Below are positions 47,481 through 57,017 of a stretch of 64,000 nucleotides of DNA, one piece after another (the stretch's first letter is position 1; each line of letters begins with the position of its first letter). The notes beneath the pieces are model-generated. The model saw nothing but the letters and a program-made list of their open reading frames with translations. It had not been told where the DNA came from and searched no databases. Position numbers and translations under genes: made by a program. Source of the DNA: an uncultured virus (IMG/VR IMGVR_UViG_3300005683_000013) (taxonomy: Duplodnaviria; Heunggongvirae; Uroviricota; Caudoviricetes); IMG/VR virus record IMGVR_UViG_3300005683_000013. One strand, written 5' to 3'.

Positions 47481-47768
47481 ATGAAAAATGAAGACACGTT
47501 GTTAGCTGACTCGTTGTTGGGGACTGTCACCTTGGTACCTATTGTAATCGCTGTCGCACTTGCTGTTGCAATTATGCTAAGTTCATGTTTTGATGACACT
47601 GCTTTGCTACAATACAGAGTAGAGCGACAGAAAATGTTGCAATGCATCAAACTCCCAGAAGACCATGATCAAAAGTTAAGTTTCATTCATTCGTTGAGAA
47701 CATCGAACTTCATCACAAATGACGAAGTCATCTACCTGTTGATGCCACGAACTGATTGCGTAAAATGA
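47481..47768 (+). CDS. single-TM hypothetical protein inside array
   Basis: LLGTVTLVPIVIAVALAVAIML; AAGGA RBS. Confidence 0.6.
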   Translation: MKNEDTLLADSLLGTVTLVPIVIAVALAVAIMLSSCFDDTALLQYRVERQKMLQCIKLPEDHDQKLSFIHSLRTSNFITNDEVIYLLMPRTDCVK

Positions 47769-48121
47769 CAGAAACTGACATGTATGCAGCGGTTTTTGAC
47801 ACCATCTGCACCGCCATAGTGAATTTGTTCACAACGAAGTCTCGCAAGAAAAGATTCAATGATAAAATCATATCAGTTGCCAAAGCAAACGTTGGTAAGT
47901 TTGCAAGAATCAAATCAGACAGTTTAGCTTGTCGTGACCTAACTTCAAATCTCAAATTTCGTGCACACATTGATCACATTTTCTTGCAAGGTGGCGACAA
48001 TTGTTTGATTCTTGATGTAACTTTTGAAAAGACTGAAGAGTTTGTGATCCCACAATATAAAATTCTTACGTCGATAGGTGAATTTTACATCTGGGAATAT
48101 AACATTGTCATCGATAATTGA
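47765..48121 (+). CDS. SH3-like array protein with N-terminal helical extension
   Basis: VGKFA...YKILTSIGEFYI. Confidence 0.75.
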   Translation: MTETDMYAAVFDTICTAIVNLFTTKSRKKRFNDKIISVAKANVGKFARIKSDSLACRDLTSNLKFRAHIDHIFLQGGDNCLILDVTFEKTEEFVIPQYKILTSIGEFYIWEYNIVIDN

Positions 48122-48152
48122 TTGTCTAAGCGTTGCTTTTTACGTGTCGTTA

Positions 48153-48479
48153 ATGATCGTACCGATCATCATCCCGTTATTCGTATTTATGTTTTTAACT
48201 CACAATGTTGATTTGAAAAATTTGACGATTGAAGTCAAAACAAAAAATCGCATAGGTCAAATTATCGCTATTAAAGATAACGCAATTTTGCACTCAACTG
48301 GCATATCACGCTATCGTAATTCAAACGAAAGCGTTGCAATCATATGCGATGTTGAATTTTCTTACGATATAGATCATTGTATTTGTGGTGTCACATACAA
48401 GATCTTAACGTCAAACGGAGTTCACTGGTGTGGATCTTACAATGAAGATCTTGACAGCAAACGTAGTCCATTAGGTTGA
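48153..48479 (+). CDS. TM-anchored SH3-like array protein
   Basis: IVPIIIPLFVFMFL then IGQII...YKILTSNGVHW; start uncertain. Confidence 0.7.
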   Translation: MIVPIIIPLFVFMFLTHNVDLKNLTIEVKTKNRIGQIIAIKDNAILHSTGISRYRNSNESVAIICDVEFSYDIDHCICGVTYKILTSNGVHWCGSYNEDLDSKRSPLG

Positions 48480-48597
48480 GTCTTGCACAACCAAACTGTT
48501 CCTTCACTCTTGACACCCTCAGAATATTCTTTATGTCTAAAGCAGGTTTCCATATGTCAAAAAATAATGATTTACCTAAGGGCACACAGCACAAGTC

Positions 48598-48834
48598 ATG
48601 AAATCAATGAGAAAATACAAGGGTCATCTGGCAACAACGTGTCAATCAAATTCAATACGTGTGTATCCTTATACGATGGGTTCTAGAAGCCAAAAAGCAA
48701 ATGTTCTTGGTGATAATGAAGTGTTGTTGTTCATACAGGGAACACGCCAAAGTCAGTTTGTCATGCTAACTCGATTTGGAATTAGATATGTTTCATCAAA
48801 TGACTTTGCTTTTCTTCGATGGATAACTTGTTAA
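48598..48834 (+). CDS. SH3-like array protein
   Basis: KGHLA...MLTRFGIRYV. Confidence 0.8.
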   Translation: MKSMRKYKGHLATTCQSNSIRVYPYTMGSRSQKANVLGDNEVLLFIQGTRQSQFVMLTRFGIRYVSSNDFAFLRWITC

Positions 48835-48839
48835 ACAAA

Positions 48840-49118
48840 ATGACTCACTCAGATTACGTTTCACAAATCAGGATCGTCATTAGCACGTTCCAAACAATAC
48901 CCAGATCACCAAAATCACTTATCAAAAATGACATAATAATCGTGTTATCTATCACATCAAAATTTGAAGCCAATGTGCTGACTCGCTTTGGTCCAAAGCA
49001 AATAACGTATTATGCATTACACTACATGACAATGAGTCAAGATAACAATGTGAAATATTCTCACGATAAATGGTATGATGCATTTGATGGAAATTGGCGC
49101 GACGTACACAACGTTTAA
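48840..49118 (+). CDS. SH3-like array protein
   Basis: NDIIIVL...VLTRFGP. Confidence 0.7.
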   Translation: MTHSDYVSQIRIVISTFQTIPRSPKSLIKNDIIIVLSITSKFEANVLTRFGPKQITYYALHYMTMSQDNNVKYSHDKWYDAFDGNWRDVHNV

Positions 49119-49329
49119 GTCACGATGTAGTGTTTGGCACAGTCGTTTTCTCGGTCAAGATGGAAACATAGAACACGATTTTTTGTTTAAAAACGATCTA
49201 ATGTTCGTTGTGAACATTGTAGATTGTGAAGACGAACATGATTTTACAGTTGACATGAATATTGTTCAAGTGTTGACACGACACGGTGTTAGATACATAC
49301 ATGATGAATATGATGTGAAAAAAGTCTAA
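49075..49329 (+). CDS. SH3-like array protein
   Basis: IGATY...VLTRHGVRYI. Confidence 0.8.
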   Translation: MMHLMEIGATYTTFKSRCSVWHSRFLGQDGNIEHDFLFKNDLMFVVNIVDCEDEHDFTVDMNIVQVLTRHGVRYIHDEYDVKKV

Positions 49330-49610
49330 TGTCAAATCAAGATAAAAACTACCCTAAAATTGGCACGTTGTGTGAACCGAAATGGCAAATCAATTGCTGG
49401 AATTTGTTAGATTACGCAAAACCTGACAACACCAGACAACAATCAGAATACATAAGAGAGCTCGATGCTTTTATAGTGTTGTCTGAACAAATTCGAACGT
49501 GGGAAGGTGATGTTTCGTTCATGATCTTAACAAAGAATGGAATCAAATACATAAACAGACTTTACATGAATCCAATCAACGATCATATCTCCAAATTAAG
49601 TGAGCCATAG
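49329..49610 (+). CDS. SH3-like array protein
   Basis: IGTLC...ILTKNGIKYI. Confidence 0.8.
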   Translation: MSNQDKNYPKIGTLCEPKWQINCWNLLDYAKPDNTRQQSEYIRELDAFIVLSEQIRTWEGDVSFMILTKNGIKYINRLYMNPINDHISKLSEP

Positions 49611-49619
49611 TTATGTTCT

Positions 49620-49853
49620 ATGGCAGTCTATCTTGGTCAGCTGTGGAAAAGCAACGACACGTTATGGGTTTGGGAGAACGTTGACATAGAAAAAACGTTT
49701 GTCATCCCGCCAAACGAGATGTTTTGTGTCGTTCGACTTCACAAGGACAAAAACGATTGTCATAACATAGCGACGATATTGACGATCAATCACGGACGTT
49801 GGATGACAACTTTCAGCACAATCACCCAAAAATGTGATATGGTTGTGCAATGA
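49620..49853 (+). CDS. SH3-like array protein
   Basis: LGQLW...ILTINHG. Confidence 0.75.
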   Translation: MAVYLGQLWKSNDTLWVWENVDIEKTFVIPPNEMFCVVRLHKDKNDCHNIATILTINHGRWMTTFSTITQKCDMVVQ

Positions 49854-49942
49854 AGCGAAAGTTTTGTCCAGCTCAAGTTGTGACGGTGAAGAAAGGCACA
49901 ACGTATTTAACGTCATTGTCAAAAACGTTGACTGATTGTTGA
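49850..49942 (+). pseudogene. probable truncated last array member next to TnpB element
   Basis: ATGA-coupled MKRKFCPAQVVTVKK, stops after 30 aa. Confidence 0.45.
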
Positions 49943-49979
49943 TATTTTACTAATCAACAGTACCTTATATATTTGAATC

Positions 49980-51179
49980 ATGTTTACGTACCAGTTCAAA
50001 TTATTACCTTCGAAAGAGACACAAAGTCTTCTTTGGAAGCATGCTAATCGTTTGAATTTGTTGTATAACCGTTTTTTGAATGAGCGAATTGAAAATTACT
50101 CTGCTCATAAAGTCGACAATTCAGTTAAACTGATAACGTCATATGATCAAAGCAAGCAGTTACCAATTCTAAAATCTCAAAAAGAGTTTGAAGATCTAAA
50201 AGGAATACACTCTCAAGTTTTACAAGCCGTTATTAAACGTTTAGATAAAGCTTATAAAGCGTTCTTCAGTAGATGCAAAAAGAAATCCACACCAGGATTT
50301 CCCAAATTTAGATCTTGCAAAGACTTTTTTGGTCTTCTGTATCCTCAAAATGGGTACAAAATCAAAGACAACTTCTTTGTCACAAAGAATTACGGAAAGA
50401 TCAAGTTTAATAAAAACAGGGAAATATTAGGCAAAATCAAACAAGTCTATATTTCAAATAAGAACAACGTTTTCTACATTAGCATTGTGACTGATCATTC
50501 TTATACGATAACAGAAAGAAATTCTAACATTCTAGCAATAGATTTAGGATTGAATAACTTAGTCGTGGGAAAAGATAACAATGGAAAGATCGTAACAATA
50601 AAGAATGTTGGTCATGCAAAACATTACAGAAAAAAGATCTCAAAACTTCAAAGCATAAAAGATAAGTTACCGTCACAAAAAACAAATGGAAAAGTAAACA
50701 GATCAAGGAAACACAAGAAACTAAGTCAAAAAATACAACGATTGTATGAGTTGAAAAATCGTAAAATTAATGATTTTCAACACAAAGTATCTCATCGATT
50801 ATCTCATCAATATGATACAATCATTGTAGAAGATTTGTCAGTCAAGAAGATGTCAGAGTCTGACATCACATGTCTAAATCGAAACATCAGAGACGCAAAG
50901 TTAGGTCAGTTTCTAACGTTCTTGGGTTATAAAACACATTCACTAATCACTGTCAATCCTTGTAACACAAGTAAGACGTGTAATAGATGTGGACATGTTA
51001 ACAAGAATCTGAAACTAAGCGACAGACAAATCAAATGTCCGGTATGCGGTCATGAATATGATCGAGATGAGAATGCAGCAGAAAACATATATTGCTTGGG
51101 ACAAGCCATCCTTGATTGTCATGATCAAGGATCAGTGACAAGANNNNNNNNNNNNNNNNNNNNNNNNGCGTCTTATTGA
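49980..51179 (+). mobile_element. tnpB: IS200/IS605-family TnpB RNA-guided nuclease (no TnpA adjacent)
   Basis: YQFKLLP, PKFRS, RuvC motifs AIDLG / IVEDL / DRDENAA, CNRC...CPVC; 3' end in N gap 51144-51167. Confidence 0.92.
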
Positions 51180-51188
51180 CGCAGTCCA

Positions 51189-51407
51189 TCAGGCTTCGTA
51201 AAGTTCGTAGTTATATACCCATCCATACCATTGATTTTCAACGAGAACAACAAACGCATTATTTTCGAGCACATGCTGAACGACACCAGTCTTGTGTTCT
51301 CCAATTTCAATGCCTTCGTTCATTCCAGACTGAAGAAGTTGTTTGTCTTTGATTGCACGCAACCTAGAACCAGCAACGAACCGAACCTTTGTGTCTCTTT
51401 TGATCAT
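51189..51407 (-). CDS. small SH3-like protein
   Basis: GVVQHV...VVLVENQWYGWV. Confidence 0.6.
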   Translation of the reverse strand: MIKRDTKVRFVAGSRLRAIKDKQLLQSGMNEGIEIGEHKTGVVQHVLENNAFVVLVENQWYGWVYNYELYEA

Positions 51408-51763
51408 TTATCACCTACGTATTCTTGAATTTGTTTGACAGTGTCATTGTGACTAGAGATTGTTTTTGCAAGCTTATGTTTATAAACGTAATGTGCCAGT
51501 TGGTTCGCTGCAGCCAACGCTCCAGCAAATATCATGTTAATGAAACAAATTGTAAATATGTCTATGTGTAGTCTGGTGCCAACCAATAAGACACCCACAC
51601 AAAAGAACGTGTATCCCAACATAAACTTACAAGCAAGACTGTGTGAATAAGACCCAATTGCAAGTTGAGTGATTTTTTCAAGCCTTTCAGAATAAGTCTT
51701 GATTAGGTTTTTTGGAACTTTGTCCCAAGCGACTGCACTTGTTGATGTTTCAATTTCAATCAT
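51404..51763 (-). CDS. two-TM membrane protein
   Basis: Two hydrophobic segments; coupled to groEL. Confidence 0.65.
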   Translation of the reverse strand: MIEIETSTSAVAWDKVPKNLIKTYSERLEKITQLAIGSYSHSLACKFMLGYTFFCVGVLLVGTRLHIDIFTICFINMIFAGALAAANQLAHYVYKHKLAKTISSHNDTVKQIQEYVGDK

Positions 51764-53367
51764 TCATTCTCCACGATGACAGCGTCCAAGGAAAGAAACG
51801 TTGATGCAACGGATGATGCGTTTTGCAACGCTGTCCGTGTCACCTTCACTGGATCGATGATCCCACAATCAATTAAATTGACCCACTCTCCGTTTGCGGC
51901 GTTGTATCCATATGGAACATTATATGTTCTCATTCGTTCAATGATCACCTCATGAGAAACGTCGGCGTTACGACAAATTTGTCGAAGAGGTTCTTGACAT
52001 GCCTTCTTGATCAACTGGACGCCGGCAAGAAAACTTTGTGTTGATTCTGATGGCAGATCAAAGTTTTCTTCACAAACATGAAACAATGCTGATCCCCCAC
52101 CTGGAACGATACCTTCATCGACGGCGGCACGAGTTGCATTGAGAGCATCTTCAATTCGATATTTTCGCTCTTCCATTTCAACTTCTGTTGTGCCACCGAC
52201 TTTGATGATTGCAACACCTGAAGCAAGCTTGGCAATCCGATGTCGAAGAATGTTTCGTTCTTCAGCTGTGAGTGTCACATCAGAACTTTGTGTTTTTAGC
52301 TCAGCGACACGGTCTTGAATTGCAACCGCAGTCTTTCCTGTCGCAACGATCGTTGTCATCTTTGCGTCGACGATAATTTTCTTCGTCAATCCAAGGTGAC
52401 TCTTAACCCTCACATCTTCAAGCTTGATTCCAGAACCTGCACCGACCAACGTGGCGCCGGTCAACGTTGCGATGTCTTGAAGCAACTGATCTTTTAGCGC
52501 ACCGAATCCCGGTGCCTTAATTGCGACCACACGTAGTTGACCATGATTTTTATTCAAAATCAACCCTTGAAGCGCCTCACCTTCAATTTCATCAGCAACA
52601 ATCAACAACGATTTATTGTTTTTCTTAACATCTTCTAACAACGGCACGATTGATGCCAAAGTTGAAATTTTCTTGTCTGTCACAAGAACACATGCGTCAG
52701 CGTACGCAGCTTGCATCTTTTCGTTATTTGTGACAAAATACGGACTAAGATATCCTCTTTCAAATTGCATGCCTTCGACGACGTCCATTGTCGTGGCCAT
52801 TCCTTTTGCATCCTCAACTGTGATGATGCCGTCACGACCGACTTTTTTCATTGCATCGGCAATGAGCGTTCCAATGTCTGAATCTCCGTTTGCAGAAATC
52901 GTTCCAATCTGGACAATCTCATCAAATGACTCTATTTGTTTAGCAATCGCATTCAATTTACCGATCACAGCACTCACAGTCCATTCAATTCCCCTGATGA
53001 GCTCTGTGGTGTTATATCCAGCAGCGACAAACTTCAACCCTTCAACAATCATTTCTTTTGTGAGAACTGTGGCTGTCGTAGTGCCGTCACCAGCAACCTC
53101 ATTTGTTCTTTGTGCTGCTTCACGAATCAATTCAGCACCCATTCTTTGAATGGGAATTTTTAGGTTTATTGATTTGCTAACAGTCACACCGTCTTTTGTG
53201 ACAAGAGGGACGCGACCGTCCCTTTGAATGAGAACGCATTTTCCTTTTGGTCCCATGGTACAACTCACTGCATTTGCTGCAGTCAAAAGACCTATGACAA
53301 GAAGTTCACGTGCCTCTCTTCCAAAAAAAATGTTTGTTGTTTTTCCTGCGCAATCGTTTTCTGTCAT
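51760..53367 (-). CDS. groEL: chaperonin GroEL
   Basis: TMGPKG, TKDGVTV, AGDGTTTAT, GMQFERGYLSPYF, GIVPGGG. Confidence 0.97.
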   Translation of the reverse strand: MTENDCAGKTTNIFFGREARELLVIGLLTAANAVSCTMGPKGKCVLIQRDGRVPLVTKDGVTVSKSINLKIPIQRMGAELIREAAQRTNEVAGDGTTTATVLTKEMIVEGLKFVAAGYNTTELIRGIEWTVSAVIGKLNAIAKQIESFDEIVQIGTISANGDSDIGTLIADAMKKVGRDGIITVEDAKGMATTMDVVEGMQFERGYLSPYFVTNNEKMQAAYADACVLVTDKKISTLASIVPLLEDVKKNNKSLLIVADEIEGEALQGLILNKNHGQLRVVAIKAPGFGALKDQLLQDIATLTGATLVGAGSGIKLEDVRVKSHLGLTKKIIVDAKMTTIVATGKTAVAIQDRVAELKTQSSDVTLTAEERNILRHRIAKLASGVAIIKVGGTTEVEMEERKYRIEDALNATRAAVDEGIVPGGGSALFHVCEENFDLPSESTQSFLAGVQLIKKACQEPLRQICRNADVSHEVIIERMRTYNVPYGYNAANGEWVNLIDCGIIDPVKVTRTALQNASSVASTFLSLDAVIVENE

Positions 53368-53419
53368 CTATCAACCTTTCAGAGTTGTTTTAACTTATAA
53401 CACATCACTGAATTGTTTA

Positions 53420-54355
53420 TCACGCAAACTTCAATCCAAACTTATTTTGCAACGCAATCAACGAAAGATTTTTCAATTTTGCCTCAACCTCAACGTCAAT
53501 CGTGTTGGCCTTGAGAGCCTCTAGCTGACACTCAGGAATATAATTGATATAGTTTGAGTGTTTCCTACGCTGAGAGAAAGAAGAATTTTCTAGGCCTGGT
53601 TCTGTGTTTGCAACATGCTGCAAGGGTTTGACGTAGGAAGGCCACGTACGAGAGGCCACGTCGAACGCTTGTTGCATCGTAAGAGATCCTGGGTTGAAAA
53701 CGTGATGGTGCGAGTCAAAGACAACTGGAACGCCGGTTGATTGAGAGACGGCGACGAGTTCCTCGACATTGCCAACACTTTCACAGTTTTCAAGAGTGAG
53801 CCGAGAACGTATGCCATGTGGCAACGTTTTAATGGTGTCAATTAAATTTGAGATGCGGCCGCCGACGCCAGCGTGAATGTTGATTGCGTAATGTGGCGAT
53901 CGATCAAACCCACATGCATCAAATATCCAAGCATGACGTTCGAGGTCGGTGATGGCATTTTGAATGACGTCATCACGAACAGAATTCAATACACAAAATT
54001 GTCCAGGATGAGAACTTATGCGCATCTCATGTTCACGACAATAATCACCAATACGCTTATACACGTTACGAAGTTGATCATTGTCCCAATACTCACGTGG
54101 AACACGATCACCCAACGGAATGGTGTCACTTGACATACGAAAATGCCTGATACCTAACGCAACAATCTTCGGAAGAATTTGAAGATGCATCTTGGCATTA
54201 TGCAAGTATGTGTCACGAATTTTCTGTTCAGAATACGCGCCGGAACGCAGACGACCTAATTGTAACGTCTTCGCCTCAAGAATGTTTTTATACGTGATAG
54301 AACCATTACGATGTGTAACTGTTTCGATAAACTGGCAACAAAGGCCTAGGGACAT
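53420..54355 (-). CDS. uvsE: UV DNA damage endonuclease
   Basis: FRMSS, HPGQF.VLNS, LTLEN, FDSHH, HS.YI, VEAKLK. Confidence 0.92.
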   Translation of the reverse strand: MSLGLCCQFIETVTHRNGSITYKNILEAKTLQLGRLRSGAYSEQKIRDTYLHNAKMHLQILPKIVALGIRHFRMSSDTIPLGDRVPREYWDNDQLRNVYKRIGDYCREHEMRISSHPGQFCVLNSVRDDVIQNAITDLERHAWIFDACGFDRSPHYAINIHAGVGGRISNLIDTIKTLPHGIRSRLTLENCESVGNVEELVAVSQSTGVPVVFDSHHHVFNPGSLTMQQAFDVASRTWPSYVKPLQHVANTEPGLENSSFSQRRKHSNYINYIPECQLEALKANTIDVEVEAKLKNLSLIALQNKFGLKFA

Positions 54356-54389
54356 GTTCTAACAATAACACGTCCGTGTAAGATTTACA

Positions 54390-55205
54390 TCACTCTTGAG
54401 GGGCTTTTTCTAACGCTCTTTCGTAGAAACTGACGGCTCGTTTTAGCACTTTCCGTTTATTTTCCTCGCTCCAGTGTTTTCTTGCACGTTTATCAAGATA
54501 TGTGGTCATGAATTTATCCACGAATTGATGGACGTCATTTCCCATGATCTCTTGCCATTTTGATAAAGATTTCACGCCTTTAAGCATGTTCTGAACCTTG
54601 ACAAAAGATTCATGAGTGTACGCGTTTGATTCTAAAGGATCATTTACATATGCGTTGAAATCTTTTTTCAATCCAGATTCTTTACGTGATTGTTTTGTTG
54701 CCGCCCTTGATTTTATGTACTCGTCAGTCAATCGACGAAAGTCCAAAACATGAACAAATTCATGAATGAAGTGCTCTCGATTTTCTGGTTTAGCAAAAGC
54801 CTTTGCAACAGTTGATTTAAACAGCTCGTTATAGAGTTTTGGATCTGACTCTGGGATGTCTAAAAACACTGAAATAATATATTGCCGTGCGTTTGTTTCA
54901 TCATCAAACGCAACGCCAGCTGTCGCAGAAACAGTCTTTTTTGTCTTAGAGACGTTTCTGTCTGTCAATTCTAAATACACACCTTCGTGTTCTGGTCTTG
55001 GCAACACGTTTTGAAGATAAAGGTATCTATACTTGCCTTTATCTTTCGTGAACGTTTGTGAATAAACTTTATCTGACGAATTCTGCAATTCATACAAGAG
55101 TTTTGAGATCGCAATATAACTGTTGTTCGCTGTCCTAAGATAGCGATCATCATTTTCACGTTCCATGACAAGCTCTATGTATTCACGCAATAATTCGTCA
55201 GACAT
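54390..55205 (-). CDS. HExxH-containing hypothetical protein
   Basis: N-terminal LLREYI; HEFVH...Y.NDPLE.NA. Confidence 0.65.
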   Translation of the reverse strand: MSDELLREYIELVMERENDDRYLRTANNSYIAISKLLYELQNSSDKVYSQTFTKDKGKYRYLYLQNVLPRPEHEGVYLELTDRNVSKTKKTVSATAGVAFDDETNARQYIISVFLDIPESDPKLYNELFKSTVAKAFAKPENREHFIHEFVHVLDFRRLTDEYIKSRAATKQSRKESGLKKDFNAYVNDPLESNAYTHESFVKVQNMLKGVKSLSKWQEIMGNDVHQFVDKFMTTYLDKRARKHWSEENKRKVLKRAVSFYERALEKAPQE

Positions 55206-55214
55206 GTACATTAA

Positions 55215-55631
55215 TTATTGTGTTGTACGTAAATCATATAGATACGCTAACGCATGATCGTTTGGTCTCGCATTTCCAGTTATACCCAAACATAACATTT
55301 CCCAAGCTCTGGCACCATACTCACCAATTCCGTGTAACTCAGATGCATGTGACCATTTGCCATTAACGTATTCTTGACAAAAACGTTTTAGAAGTTTTGT
55401 TCTCCTGTTGTAAAAACCAAGAGAACGAATTGTGGCCACGATGTCAACGTCATCAGCTTCTAATAACGCTTGTGGTGCTGGAAACTTCTCAAAGAAATCC
55501 CAAATCATCTTTTCAACTTGTGCTCGTTGTGTACAGTTTAAAAAGATACAAACAACGAGCACTTTCCATTGATCGGGCAAAAAGTGTTCTTGTAAAAGTT
55601 TACGAGAATTATCGTGATTCTTTAATTTCAT
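55215..55631 (-). CDS. MBD4-like HhH-GPD DNA glycosylase
   Basis: WKVLVVCIFLNCT, LGFYNRR, LHGIGEYG, DHAL. Confidence 0.85.
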   Translation of the reverse strand: MKLKNHDNSRKLLQEHFLPDQWKVLVVCIFLNCTQRAQVEKMIWDFFEKFPAPQALLEADDVDIVATIRSLGFYNRRTKLLKRFCQEYVNGKWSHASELHGIGEYGARAWEMLCLGITGNARPNDHALAYLYDLRTTQ

Positions 55632-56937
55632 CGGCAGTGATTTGATCGTTTATGTCGCGCCAAACAGCTATTGGATTCTTTTCTTTGGCTGAACTTTTTG
55701 ACTTTACAGAAGATCTCTTTTTGACCTTGAATTTTGGAGTTGGATTTTCGTTCTCTTCTTCGATAAGATCATCATTTTTCAAGAGACGATCAACACGTTT
55801 TTGAAGTTCTTTCATCGAAGACAGCGCTTCTTCTTTGTTCATAAATCGTCGTCGTATGACGTATTCTCGAATAAACGCAATTGGCCAATTCTTGACATCA
55901 TCAAAAACTTCAATGTTGTCTTCACCAAGAATTGTTTTTGCAACAATATCATCGAGCTTTCGAACACAACAAATTTCATCAAACCGTCCTGGCCGCATTA
56001 GCGCGTTGTCAAGTTGATTTCTATCGTTCACTGTTGCGAACACGACCTTTACGTGATTGTGGAATCTCTCCAACATTTCAAGCAAGTGATCTTGAGAATG
56101 AGCTCGATCAAGATCATCAAGAATGATTGCATCGGGTTCAAAGATTTCGATCGTCTCAAAGATGTTTGTGTTATCAACCAAGTTAGAAACATCTTCAACT
56201 CTAATTCTAAGAGTTTTCAGCTTCAGTTTGTCAACAATCGATCTAGAAAGCGTGCTCTTTCCAGTTCCAGGAGGACCATAAAACAAAATCGTACGTGGAA
56301 CGCCAGCAGCGATCGTTCTCGTTAGATATGAGACGTACTTGTCTGCAAGTTCAGAAGGACGCGAGGGAATGTCTTCATCTTTCTGAAACCAGATTCGTGG
56401 GTTATCGTCATCACGTGGAGCGTTATTGCGTTGCATAACAATGAAATCATGTTTCATATTTTGCCATAACAACTTTTTGATTGCTCGTTTTGATTCTTCT
56501 AGACGATCAATTCTAGCAAACACATTTCCACTAGAACCACGTGACGGACCGCTTATGGTTGTCGCCCACGAAACTTTTTCGCCATCAACAATTGCCTCTT
56601 TGATACAAACATCTTTGTCTTGGGTGTGAATTGTCTTAACCTTACACGAACTGGAAATATTGTCAATGATAAAGTCTGCAAGAGCCATGCCATACATCTT
56701 GTCCCAATTGCTATCAAAGTACTCGTTTACGTATATGCCAATTGAATCAAATTGGCGATACAACACAAGACACCCTTTCAACGCGCTAAAGAACGAAGGT
56801 TCTTTTATAAAGGCTTGCGTTGTGTTGATAACTTCTTCAGCAATGGTCAACGATGTTTCAAGATCAGTGTTTGCAATACGATCATAAATCAATTTTAAAT
56901 TTGTCTTGAAATTAGAATAACGCTGCGAGTTTCCCAT
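55609..56937 (-). CDS. AAA+ ATPase
   Basis: YGPPGTGKS, ILDDLD, ALMRPGRFD. Confidence 0.85.
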   Translation of the reverse strand: MGNSQRYSNFKTNLKLIYDRIANTDLETSLTIAEEVINTTQAFIKEPSFFSALKGCLVLYRQFDSIGIYVNEYFDSNWDKMYGMALADFIIDNISSSCKVKTIHTQDKDVCIKEAIVDGEKVSWATTISGPSRGSSGNVFARIDRLEESKRAIKKLLWQNMKHDFIVMQRNNAPRDDDNPRIWFQKDEDIPSRPSELADKYVSYLTRTIAAGVPRTILFYGPPGTGKSTLSRSIVDKLKLKTLRIRVEDVSNLVDNTNIFETIEIFEPDAIILDDLDRAHSQDHLLEMLERFHNHVKVVFATVNDRNQLDNALMRPGRFDEICCVRKLDDIVAKTILGEDNIEVFDDVKNWPIAFIREYVIRRRFMNKEEALSSMKELQKRVDRLLKNDDLIEEENENPTPKFKVKKRSSVKSKSSAKEKNPIAVWRDINDQITADEIKESR

Positions 56938-57017
56938 ACATCAATCTTATTCTATCGCCACATTTTTTATAACAACTAGCTCGTTATATCAATCGTCTCA
57001 TTACCATTTAGATAGTT

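Larger units (their letters stand above)
36834..49942 (+). other. right array of ~55 small SH3/KOW-like paralogs and remnants
   Basis: Tandem coupled ORFs with G[DE]L...VL[TS]xxG scaffold. Confidence 0.9.

Noticed and set aside
28952..49942. Diversity-generating retroelement as the source of array diversity
   Set aside because: No reverse transcriptase in the window and no template/variable repeat pair differing only at adenines was seen.
36834..49942. Integron cassette array
   Set aside because: Genes mostly overlap or abut, with no recurring attC-like intergenic sites and no integrase in the window.
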